Assembly: GCA_046329805.1 (NCBI GenBank)
Contig: JAXLUA010000003.1
Location: forward strand, 134,327-198,326
DNA: 64,000 nucleotides
Source: Chitinophagales bacterium
Lineage (GTDB): Bacteria; Bacteroidota; Bacteroidia; Chitinophagales; JADIYW01
Direction: 5' to 3'
Part shown: piece after piece, positions 1 to 9,253 of the stretch
Layout: every line of letters starts with the position of its first letter
How positions within the stretch are numbered: position 1 is the stretch's first letter
Notes under the pieces: model-generated
What the model saw: the letters and a program-made list of their open reading frames with translations, nothing else
Databases searched by the model: none
What the model was told of the DNA's origin: nothing
Program-made: the position numbers and the translations under genes

Positions 1-1132
<1,132 letters not shown>

Positions 1133-1157
1133 TTACGTATTAGCAATGGAATTAAAA

Positions 1158-1982
1158 TTAAAATTTATAATTATATATATAAGTTACAATAGTATTTTTT
1201 GATTTTACTATAGTCTCTTTTAGCAATTTATTATTATAAAACTGATAGAAGTTGCTACTTAACGGATTTGTTTCATTTATTTTATTATAGTCCGTACTAG
1301 AATAATCTAATAGGTAAAAATCTTCTTTAATTACTTTATTTTCTGCATTCAACAATAACTTACTTCTAAGGTATTTTTTGCCCTGAAAATATTCAATAGA
1401 TTTTCCTGTCTTATTGTTGTAATCGTAATTATAAACTATCTTTACGGTATCTTTATAATAATTGTTATAAAAATCTTCGCTTTCTATATTGCCAAAAGCA
1501 TCAAGTTTTTCAAAAATTAAGTTATTTTCATTTGCCGGATAATCTAATCTATATTTAAAGTTTAGGTCGGGATCTATACCGTAATAAAGCACCATGTTTG
1601 AAATTTTCGAATTAAATTTTTTCTTTCCTACTTTTTTATTAAAAATTAGGTTTTTTTTTATTTCAGCTTCATCCAATAAATAAAAGGAGCCTGTTTTAAT
1701 ATCTTTATGATATTCTCTCCACAAATAAAAACTATTTAGTGTAGAATCATACTTATAAATACATTTTATTAATGTGTCATGCTTATTACCACCTTCCTTG
1801 TAATTTATATTGTATATAATTGACACCTCTCGCTCATCTACCTTATTTTCTCTACAGCCAAATATATAATTACGAATATCTCTTATATCTGGCGGATTGG
1901 CATGCACATAAAACAAGGTTATTTCTTCTGAATAAATATTACTCACAATAAAGAGTAGAAATGTAAATATCTTTAAGTTCAT
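1158..1982 (-). CDS. Hypothetical secreted protein, N/Y/K-rich, very AT-rich gene inserted between thiS and thiC
   Basis: 274-aa ORF with N-terminal signal peptide (MNLKIFTFLLFIVSNIYS). It starts 12 nt after the thiS stop and ends 34 nt before the thiC start. No recognisable catalytic motif. Confidence 0.7.
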   Translation of the reverse strand: MNLKIFTFLLFIVSNIYSEEITLFYVHANPPDIRDIRNYIFGCRENKVDEREVSIIYNINYKEGGNKHDTLIKCIYKYDSTLNSFYLWREYHKDIKTGSFYLLDEAEIKKNLIFNKKVGKKKFNSKISNMVLYYGIDPDLNFKYRLDYPANENNLIFEKLDAFGNIESEDFYNNYYKDTVKIVYNYDYNNKTGKSIEYFQGKKYLRSKLLLNAENKVIKEDFYLLDYSSTDYNKINETNPLSSNFYQFYNNKLLKETIVKSKNTIVTYIYNYKF

Positions 1983-1994
1983 ATTTAATTTAAA

Positions 1995-2198
1995 TTACCC
2001 TCCGGCAACTGCGCCGATAAGTATGATTTTGTCTTCGTTATATAAAACTGTTTCCTTCCATTTACTGCGTGGAATTATTTCTTCGTTTAATGCCAAAGCA
2101 ACACCTTTTGTGTCTTCTAATTCCAAAGATTTAATAGCATTTTCCAATGATGTATTTTCATTGAATTGATAGGTTTGGTTATTAATAGTAATTTGCAT
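1995..2198 (-). CDS. thiS: Thiamine biosynthesis sulfur-carrier protein ThiS
   Basis: 67 aa, ubiquitin-like size, C-terminal GG (..IGAVAGG). Sits directly downstream of a TPP riboswitch and upstream of thiC. Confidence 0.88.
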   Translation of the reverse strand: MQITINNQTYQFNENTSLENAIKSLELEDTKGVALALNEEIIPRSKWKETVLYNEDKIILIGAVAGG

Positions 2199-2269
2199 TT
2201 CATTTTTTTTACCGCAAAGAGAACAATGTTTTCGATAAGTTCGCTAAGTTTTTTACTCTTGGAAATGAA

Positions 2270-2365
2270 TAGAGGTAAGACTCATTCCCTACGTTGGCAT
2301 TAACCAAATCAGGTTCTAAGGATAATTCTCAGTCCTACTTCATATAGAACACTCCCAGAGTATAT
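2270..2365 (-). promoter_or_regulatory. TPP (THI-box) riboswitch aptamer in the thiS leader
   Basis: The minus strand reads ..ACTCTGGGAGTGTTCTATATGAAGTAGGACTGAGAATTATCCTTAGAACCTGATTTGGTTAATGCCAACGTAGGGAATGAGT.. This contains the conserved CUGAGA, ACCUGAU and GCCAACGUAGGGAA blocks and a closing ACUC/GAGU P1 helix. Confidence 0.9.
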
Positions 2366-2422
2366 TCAAAATTAAGCATTATAAATTACAAATGATGTAT
2401 GGTAGAATGTTATTTTTATGGC

Positions 2423-2911
2423 ATGAAAATAAAAATTGCATTTGCAAATGATATTCCTAAAATTATAGCGATTGCGGAGGCTACTTGGAAAACGACTTAC
2501 GCTCCTTTTATTTCCTTGGAGCAGATTGATTTTATGTACGAGCAAATGTACACTTCGGCATCCATAACACAACAAATGCAAGACGGGCATACTTTTCTTA
2601 TTTACTCGGAAAGTGATGCCCCTTTAGGATTTATCAGCTATTTTATCCGAGAAGACGGTGTTTTATATATTCCGAAATTTTACATAAAACCACAGCAGCA
2701 AGGAAAAGGAATCGGGAAAAAATTATTGGAGGCTGTTGAACATATTGCTAAAAAAAATAAAATTTCGTATGTAGAATTAAATGTTAATCGAAAAAATCCG
2801 GCCATGTATTTCTATAAAAAAATGGGGTTTGAATTGTACGAAAAAGCAGATATTGCTTACGGTAGATTTTGGTTAAATGATTATATTTTAAGAAAGAAAT
2901 TGGAACATTAA
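2423..2911 (+). CDS. GNAT-family N-acetyltransferase
   Basis: Acetyl-CoA binding motif QQQGKGIGKKLLEAVE and typical ~160-aa size. ATG at 2423 (MKIKIAFAND) is preferred over the in-frame ATG at 2399. Confidence 0.8.
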   Translation: MKIKIAFANDIPKIIAIAEATWKTTYAPFISLEQIDFMYEQMYTSASITQQMQDGHTFLIYSESDAPLGFISYFIREDGVLYIPKFYIKPQQQGKGIGKKLLEAVEHIAKKNKISYVELNVNRKNPAMYFYKKMGFELYEKADIAYGRFWLNDYILRKKLEH

Positions 2912-2927
2912 CGCTTTATTCTATGCT

Positions 2928-3398
2928 TTAATAAGGAAAAACGTTCATAAACTCGTCGGCTAATTGTTTGTTTTTTGCTTCGATACTAAAGAAGTACAAA
3001 TTTCGTGTCCAGGCGTACAAATATCCTGCACGTCCATCAATCAGTATATATTTTATTGTTGATTTATCCGCACTTTTTTGCTTTATATCGCGTGTTCTCC
3101 CTTCGGTAACATCGTTATACAATTTCAGCCAGCTTATGTTTAATTCTGATGAAGTGTATGCTTTTCCAAAAGTCAGGTATATTTGATTGTCTCCTTGTGT
3201 GTAATATACATTTCCGGGTTCCATTCCGGGTACAAAATCATGAAAGGCATATCTATTCCATTTTCCTAATTTTGTAGGTAGTATTTTCTCAAATTCATCT
3301 CCTAAAGGAAATTTACGTTTATTTACGTTGTAAGGTACCGTTTGTGCAATTGCAAGTAAGCTAAATAGCAACAAAATGGAGGTTAGGGCTTTTTTCAT
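2928..3398 (-). CDS. Hypothetical secreted protein (156 aa)
   Basis: Internal ATG at 3398 gives MKKALTSILLLFSLLAIAQT.., a clean signal peptide. The 76 codons upstream in the track ORF (to 3626) look non-coding. Confidence 0.65.
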   Translation of the reverse strand: MKKALTSILLLFSLLAIAQTVPYNVNKRKFPLGDEFEKILPTKLGKWNRYAFHDFVPGMEPGNVYYTQGDNQIYLTFGKAYTSSELNISWLKLYNDVTEGRTRDIKQKSADKSTIKYILIDGRAGYLYAWTRNLYFFSIEAKNKQLADEFMNVFPY

Positions 3399-3399
3399 C

Positions 3400-3524
3400 T
3401 GTTTAAATTTATTGTTTTTAGTTGTACATTCCGTTCCGAATATTCGGAACTTCGGAAGAAATTCGCATTTTAAACATTTCATTTGGCGACATTCTGATAT
3501 TTCGGAATTGTTCATGCACATTTC
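3400..3524 (-). repeat. Leader element copy A, abutting the start codon of the 2928..3398 gene; homologous to 63377..63463
   Basis: 26/26 identical nt (tgtttaaatttattgtttttagttgt) next to both ATGs. These are followed by the blocks tcggaagRaattcgcatYttaaaYatttcRtttgg and ttgttcatgcWcatttc. Copy A carries a 26-nt insertion. Confidence 0.8.
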
Positions 3525-3657
3525 GGCGAAGCATTGCTGAAGTGCGGTACAGTTTTGCACCGCACTTTTTGCAATGATTGTAATATGAATATACGAATAT
3601 TTTTTTACTTGCACTTCACGCCGCATTTTAGCAATGCTATGTTATGGGCAGCCTTTC

Positions 3658-6063
3658 TTATTTGAATATACCAATTTGATGTGTTTCAACGTAATTCTCA
3701 TATTGTAGTAATACAAAGTATATGTCGTTTTTTACTGTAGATAAATCTATCTCATAAAACTGTTGCTGGTCATTTATTTTTTGTTCACTAACAATGTTTC
3801 CTACTTTGTCAACAATTTGGATTAAGTTAATTTGGGTTTTATTTGTGCCTTCACATTTTTCACTTTTTTCGTGAATACTTAATCTGCTTGTATTTTTAAG
3901 TAAAGATACTTCGTATTGTTTGCAGTCAGCAGTTCTAAAATTACCACTACATAATACATTAGTACTAGAAAAACAATAATATTGTTCAATGCTACCACAT
4001 GGATTAGATATAGTTGTTTTAAGAACTACAGATTGATTTGGTGATTTAAACATAATACTTACATTATTTGAATTGCCAGACCAACTGCCACTCCAAAAAT
4101 TATAGGTACTTGGTATTGACCACATTTTTTGCCACGTTACATTGGTTGCATTATAAACAGGTTGGGCACACCACCATTTATTACCACTTGGTGTGTAGCA
4201 TTGTGTATTACAAGGGCTACCATCAAGATCTTCTGCGATGGCTGCTTCTGGATATTGACATCCATTGGCATCCCATAATGTAAATGGAAAACCTACATTA
4301 ATAGACTTTGCAATTAAATATGATGTTTGACCGCAATATGTAATTGTAGCAGCTAATGTAACTAAACCATCACCTGTTTTTGTTAGTGTTGCAACGTTAT
4401 TAGCTTGTACTAAAGTAGTTGTATTTGTGGGTGTTCTTGACCATATTACTGTAGCACCTGTTGGCAAACCCACTAAAGAATATGTTTGTGAGCCGTTACA
4501 AATGCTATTACTACCATTTATAGAGATGTTTAATGCAGATTGTACGGCATTAATAGCATTAACTCTACCATAGCCAAATGTATTATCAAATCCAACAGTA
4601 CCCATATCAGTTGCTGTTTGTTGTAATTTTGTACGAACTTGTGTTTCTGTTAAGTTTGGGTTTGCTGCTAACATTAATGCTGCAATACCTGCAACTTGTG
4701 GACATGCTGCCGATGTACCACCAAACGTTGAAGTATAATTTGTATTGGTATAACCATTATTACCCATCCTATCAGTTGTTACAACATCACCTATATTATT
4801 AACATTTCCTGATGGTGCAACTAAGTCCATTTCAGAACCTCTACAGCTATAATTCCATATATTTCCACTTCTGTCAATAGCGCCAACTGTTATAACATTA
4901 TTTACATTGCCTGGAAAATATACAGTTGAGAAAGGTAAAGCGTTTCCAGAAGAAAATACAACAAGGCATCCTTTACCACCTCGGCCTAATGTTCTGGCAT
5001 TATTAATTGCGCTAATTATTACATCGAATCCAGGTTGAGTTTGACTTGATGTATTGTAACCCCATGAATTACTAAGTACATCGGCTTGCCCTTGATTCCA
5101 AGCCCAATTTATTGCATTTGCCAAATCAATTGTTGTTTCAAAACCATCCCAAAATATATTTACAGGTACGATTATACAATTAGGTGCCACACCAGATACT
5201 CCAATTGAATTGTTTTGAGATGCACCAATTATTCCAGCACATGCTTGTCCATGACTGCCTGAGATATTTGGAGTTCCTAATCCAGAATTATTTCTTGGCG
5301 TAAATCCGATTGCAACTCTTCCTGCAATATCTTCATGTGCTTCCACTCCATCATCAATTACTGCTACTCTTATATTATTGCCAGTTGATATGCACCAAGC
5401 AGATTCTACATTAATATCTATTCCATTTGTGCCACCTGTTTGTCCAGTATTTTTTAGATAGTATTGTTGATTATAGAGTGGATCATTTGTAGTTAATTCT
5501 ATTGGAATCCAAAAATTCGGATGACTAAATTCTACTAATCCACTTTCATATATATTATTGGCAATTTCAAATATTGAATTAATCTCGTGCGTGCTAATCA
5601 TTACATAATTGTATTCATTTATAGACTTAAATTCTACTTTATTTTCTAGTTTTAATTTGGATAAAATAGATTTGTATTCTACGCCGTTCTTGGGTTTGAA
5701 GATAATTTCTCCAGTAGGTATAATAATATTTTTACCATCTTTTAGTTCAAACCAACTATATGTATCTTTGTTTTTTTTGAGATCTATTAAAATCTCACTT
5801 TTAGAATTTTTTAATTCTTTCGTTGCATCTAATCGTATTACTTCATTCTTAGTTTGTTCAATAAAAGCAATATTTTTAAATTGGTTCTTGATGATCTCAA
5901 CATTCGTTAACGTTTTCGACTTAAATACAAGAATATTAGTGTCAATATCTAATTCTACTTTTGTATTATTTGAATAGTAGAATGTTTTTTGTTTAGAAAA
6001 TCCTGATGATATTAAGAAAATTAATAGCAGGACGAAACTTAATTGTTTATTTAGATTTTTCAT
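3658..6063 (-). CDS. Subtilisin-like serine protease (peptidase S8) with probable T9SS C-terminal sorting domain
   Basis: Catalytic triad contexts VAVIDDGVE (Asp), SHGQACAGIIGA (His) and GGTSAACPQVAGIAALM (Ser). Signal peptide present. The C-terminus ..IDLSTVKNDIYFVLLQYENYVETHQIGIFK resembles a T9SS CTD. Confidence 0.9.
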   Translation of the reverse strand: MKNLNKQLSFVLLLIFLISSGFSKQKTFYYSNNTKVELDIDTNILVFKSKTLTNVEIIKNQFKNIAFIEQTKNEVIRLDATKELKNSKSEILIDLKKNKDTYSWFELKDGKNIIIPTGEIIFKPKNGVEYKSILSKLKLENKVEFKSINEYNYVMISTHEINSIFEIANNIYESGLVEFSHPNFWIPIELTTNDPLYNQQYYLKNTGQTGGTNGIDINVESAWCISTGNNIRVAVIDDGVEAHEDIAGRVAIGFTPRNNSGLGTPNISGSHGQACAGIIGASQNNSIGVSGVAPNCIIVPVNIFWDGFETTIDLANAINWAWNQGQADVLSNSWGYNTSSQTQPGFDVIISAINNARTLGRGGKGCLVVFSSGNALPFSTVYFPGNVNNVITVGAIDRSGNIWNYSCRGSEMDLVAPSGNVNNIGDVVTTDRMGNNGYTNTNYTSTFGGTSAACPQVAGIAALMLAANPNLTETQVRTKLQQTATDMGTVGFDNTFGYGRVNAINAVQSALNISINGSNSICNGSQTYSLVGLPTGATVIWSRTPTNTTTLVQANNVATLTKTGDGLVTLAATITYCGQTSYLIAKSINVGFPFTLWDANGCQYPEAAIAEDLDGSPCNTQCYTPSGNKWWCAQPVYNATNVTWQKMWSIPSTYNFWSGSWSGNSNNVSIMFKSPNQSVVLKTTISNPCGSIEQYYCFSSTNVLCSGNFRTADCKQYEVSLLKNTSRLSIHEKSEKCEGTNKTQINLIQIVDKVGNIVSEQKINDQQQFYEIDLSTVKNDIYFVLLQYENYVETHQIGIFK

Positions 6064-6087
6064 ATTTAGTATTTTATTGGCTAATTA

Positions 6088-6438
6088 TTATTCAGTTATA
6101 TCAAATATCTTTTTTAGGTTTGGATAAACATCAAAAGCATTACAAAATAGGTTTCTGATGTTAATAGTATCTTTAGCAATTTTGAACTTTATTCTTTTTC
6201 CCTCAATCCTATATTGGTTTGGCAAAGTCATGGTAACAAATGAGTCTAATGAATAACCAGAAACTCTTATAAGATAAGGTGGTGTATTTAAACCTGTACT
6301 CGAACAAGCATCATAATATCTAACTACTTCTCCATTATAAATTTTATTTGGGTCAATAAACTCATCTGTACATTTTTTCTTACAAGATAAAGCAATCATA
6401 CATAATACAGCCGTAGTTATTAATATTATTTTTTTCAT
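6088..6438 (-). CDS. Small lipoprotein, paralogue 1 (116 aa)
   Basis: Signal peptide plus lipobox-like ..IALSC. First 34 aa are identical to the 6846..7199 product. Ends 24 nt upstream of the S8 protease start. Confidence 0.8.
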   Translation of the reverse strand: MKKIILITTAVLCMIALSCKKKCTDEFIDPNKIYNGEVVRYYDACSSTGLNTPPYLIRVSGYSLDSFVTMTLPNQYRIEGKRIKFKIAKDTINIRNLFCNAFDVYPNLKKIFDITE

Positions 6439-6556
6439 GATTTTACTTTTATGTGTTTAATAAAGTTGTTTGTAACTGTTGTCTAATAAATAATTAAGTA
6501 GGTGTTCGTTCTTTTATACTTAAAATGAAAATGAATTGCATTGTATTTAAAAGGTT
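6338..6556 (-). repeat. Near-identical duplicated block, copy 1 (5' end of lipoprotein gene plus its upstream region)
   Basis: Aligns with 7100..7320 with only a handful of substitutions and 1-2-nt indels. The 3' two-thirds of the two lipoprotein genes are much more diverged. Confidence 0.85.
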
Positions 6557-6674
6557 GCCCATAACGGCAGACGTGCAAAATTCAAACTGTAAATATAAAT
6601 TTTTAGGGTTAATACATTTTTGTAAATATAGTTGGTTTTATAAATACAATATACACCTACTATTTTCATTTTTG

Positions 6675-6818
6675 TCAATAGCATACAATAAATATAGCAT
6701 AAAACTTACATTGTGAAAATGTGTATAAACTTGCTGGTGTTTTTTTTACTGAAAATCCTGTCAATATTAAACAAACTAATAGTAGGATAAAACTGAGTGT
6801 TTTATAAATATTTTTCAT
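6675..6818 (-). pseudogene. Relic 5' fragment of a second S8-protease gene copy (47 codons)
   Basis: Hand translation gives MKNIYKTLSFILLLVCLILTGFSVKKTPASLYTFSQCKFYAIFIVCY*. Compare the protease N-terminus MKNLNKQLSFVLLLIFLISSGFSKQKTFYY. It sits 27 nt after the upstream lipoprotein stop, mirroring the intact lipoprotein-protease junction. Confidence 0.6.
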
Positions 6819-6845
6819 AATAAATTTGATTTTAGTTATTTACAA

Positions 6846-7199
6846 TTATTCTGTGATTTCAAAAATTTTTTTAAGTTTTGGGGCTATAATATTTGCATTA
6901 CAAATTAGATAAGCAATATTTACTGTGTCTTCTGCTATCTTAAAGTTTAATTTTTTACCTTCTATTCTGTATTGATTTGGTAAAGACATAGTGATAAATG
7001 AATCCAATGTATAATCAGAAACTCTTATTAAATATGGTGGTGTATTTAGTCCTGTACTTACACATTCTGGGTTGTAATACCTTACCACTTCTCCAGTATA
7101 AATTTTATTTGGGTCAATAAACTCATCTGTACATTTTTTCTTACAAGATAAAGCAATCATACATAATACTGCCGTAGTTATTAATATTATTTTTTTCAT
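6846..7199 (-). CDS. Small lipoprotein, paralogue 2 (117 aa)
   Basis: MKKIILITTAVLCMIALSCKKKCTDEFIDPNKIY is identical to paralogue 1; the C-terminal half is diverged. Confidence 0.8.
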   Translation of the reverse strand: MKKIILITTAVLCMIALSCKKKCTDEFIDPNKIYTGEVVRYYNPECVSTGLNTPPYLIRVSDYTLDSFITMSLPNQYRIEGKKLNFKIAEDTVNIAYLICNANIIAPKLKKIFEITE

Positions 7200-7320
7200 G
7201 ATTTTACTTTTATGTGTTTAATATAAAGTTGTTTGTAACTGTTGTCTAATAAACAATTAAGTAGGTATTCGTTCTTTTTACTTAAAACGAAAATGAGTTG
7301 CATTGTATTTAAAAGGTTGC
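7100..7320 (-). repeat. Near-identical duplicated block, copy 2
   Basis: See 6338..6556. Confidence 0.85.
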
Positions 7321-7334
7321 CCTTAACATGTGTA

Positions 7335-9182
7335 TTATTCTACCGTTACAGATTTTGCCAAATTTCGAGGTTGGTCCACATCACAACCTCTTAATACTGC
7401 TATATGATATGCCAATAATTGCAGTGGAATTACAGAAAGAATTGGCGTAAACGGCTCTATCGTATTCGGTATTTGAATTTCATATTCCGATAGTTTGCTT
7501 ATGGCTTCATCGCCTTCCGTTACTACCGCAATAATTCTTCCTTTGCGAGAGCGTACTTCTTCAATGTTAAATAACACTTTATCGTAATGCTGCGTAAATG
7601 GGGCTAGTACAACCACAGGCATATTTTCATCAATCAAGGCAATTGGGCCGTGTTTCATTTCTGCTGCCGGGTATCCTTCCGCATGGATATAGGAAATTTC
7701 TTTCAACTTGAGTGCTCCTTCTAATGCTACCGGAAAATTATAGCCTCGACCTAAGTATAAGAAATTACTTGCGTGCTGAAATGTTTCTGCAATTTTTTGT
7801 ATGTAAGTATCTGCTTTTAAAATTTTTTCTATTTTTTCGGGTAATGCCTCCAATTCTGTTAAATATTCATTGAATTTTGACTCAGAAAGCGTGCCTTTTA
7901 TTTCGGCTAAATCCAATGCCATTAATGCTAAAATACTTACTTGTGTGGTAAATGCTTTGGTAGAAGCCACACCAATTTCCGGTCCGGCGTGTGTATAAGA
8001 GCCGGCATCTGTCAATCTGGAGATACTAGAACCGACCACATTGCAAATACCATACGTAAGTGCTCCTTTTGATTTTGCCAATTCTAAAGCGGCACGCGTA
8101 TCTGCCGTTTCGCCCGATTGGGAAATTGCAATCACTACGTCATTTTCTGTAATAATCGGGTTTCTGTATCGAAATTCGCTGGCGTATTCTACTTCTACAT
8201 TAATGCGAGCAAATTCTTCTATCAAATACTCTCCAATTAATGCAGAATGCCAGGAGGTACCGCAGGCAACGATAGTTATTTTAGATGCATTTTTAAACCG
8301 TTGCTCATACTCGCGTATTCCGCCTAAATTTACCCAAAACTGTTGGCTGTCTATTCTTCCTCGTATGCTATTTTTTATGGCTTGTGGCTGTTCATGGATT
8401 TCCTTCATCATAAAATGCTCAAAGCCACCTTTCTCTATTTGTTCTAATTTTAATTGCAATTCGTGGATGTATGGAACATGTATTGTATTGTCTTTTATAG
8501 ATTTTACTTCTACTTTTCCGTCAATATGCAATATTGCCATTTCACCATCTTCTAAATAGGAAACTTTTTTGGTATGTTCTATTAATGGTGAGCCGTCGGA
8601 GGCTATAAATAATTCATTTTCGCCAAATCCCAACACCATCGGGCTACTCAATTTTGCTGCAATTAACTTATCGGGATTGCTTTTAGAAATAACAACAATG
8701 GCATACGCTCCCACTACTTCATTTAGTGCTAAGCGCACTGCTTCCTCTAAAGCTACATTAGCATTCTTCAAAATATCATCTATCAAATGCACCAATACTT
8801 CAGTATCGGTTTCGGAGCGAAAAACATACCCTCGTTCTTGAAGTTCTGTTTTTAAAGAATAATAATTTTCGATAATGCCGTTGTGAATGACCGCCAAGTC
8901 ACCGTTGGAATTAAAATGTGGATGTGCATTCACATCATTGGCTTCTCCATGTGTAGCCCATCGGGTGTGTCCTATTCCTATTGTACCTGAGATATCATGC
9001 TCCTTTGCTAAATTTTCAAGATTGACAACTTTACCTTTCTTTTTATAAATATTTAATTGATTGGTACTGCTCAATAAAGCGATACCGGCACTATCGTAGC
9101 CACGGTATTCTAATCTTTTTAAACCATTAATAATAATTGGGAAGGCTTGTTTTTTGCCTATATAACCTACTATTCCGCACAT
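7335..9182 (-). CDS. glmS: Glutamine--fructose-6-phosphate aminotransferase (isomerising)
   Basis: MCGIVGYIG N-terminal nucleophile Cys, two SIS domains, canonical C-terminus ..AKSVTVE, 615 aa. Confidence 0.97.
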   Translation of the reverse strand: MCGIVGYIGKKQAFPIIINGLKRLEYRGYDSAGIALLSSTNQLNIYKKKGKVVNLENLAKEHDISGTIGIGHTRWATHGEANDVNAHPHFNSNGDLAVIHNGIIENYYSLKTELQERGYVFRSETDTEVLVHLIDDILKNANVALEEAVRLALNEVVGAYAIVVISKSNPDKLIAAKLSSPMVLGFGENELFIASDGSPLIEHTKKVSYLEDGEMAILHIDGKVEVKSIKDNTIHVPYIHELQLKLEQIEKGGFEHFMMKEIHEQPQAIKNSIRGRIDSQQFWVNLGGIREYEQRFKNASKITIVACGTSWHSALIGEYLIEEFARINVEVEYASEFRYRNPIITENDVVIAISQSGETADTRAALELAKSKGALTYGICNVVGSSISRLTDAGSYTHAGPEIGVASTKAFTTQVSILALMALDLAEIKGTLSESKFNEYLTELEALPEKIEKILKADTYIQKIAETFQHASNFLYLGRGYNFPVALEGALKLKEISYIHAEGYPAAEMKHGPIALIDENMPVVVLAPFTQHYDKVLFNIEEVRSRKGRIIAVVTEGDEAISKLSEYEIQIPNTIEPFTPILSVIPLQLLAYHIAVLRGCDVDQPRNLAKSVTVE

Positions 9183-9253
9183 AAATTTTTGTTAGTGTAT
9201 AAAGATGAGCAAATTCCGTACCGATTAAGTTTCGGAAAAATAGAAAAATATTT

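Noticed and set aside
3542-3570. Hairpin gtgcggt-(10 nt)-accgcac followed by TTTTT on the plus strand, about 90 nt beyond the S8 protease stop.
   Set aside because: The T-run is on the plus strand, where no gene ends nearby. On the minus strand, where it could terminate the protease transcript, no U-run follows. The hairpin is real but I cannot support calling it a terminator.
3399-3626. 76-codon in-frame N-terminal extension of the 2928..3398 ORF (MRREVQVKKYSY...), unusually long for AT-rich DNA.
   Set aside because: The internal ATG at 3398 gives a textbook signal peptide. The extension covers the leader that is homologous to a non-coding region at 63377..63463, and its Cys-rich sequence has no recognisable fold.
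6553-6565. Shared word tgcccataac (6553 region, a variant at about 7317, and the reverse complement at about 3640) that looked like a dispersed repeat.
   Set aside because: Only about 10 nt match. Matches of that length are expected many times by chance in 128 kb of two-strand sequence, and the flanks do not align.
8041-8559. Long antisense ORFs inside conserved genes. Examples: 8041..8559 and 8569..8841 in glmS, 10766..11257 in the glgA-like gene, 16481..16906 in atpD, 34319..34978 in proS, 41107..41433 and 41689..42009 in the mutase gene, and several in clpC (57339..59576).
   Set aside because: Each lies fully within a strongly supported conserved gene on the opposite strand. Their translations are Ser/Pro/Ile-rich low-complexity strings with no motifs. 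This is typical of open antisense frames, not real genes.
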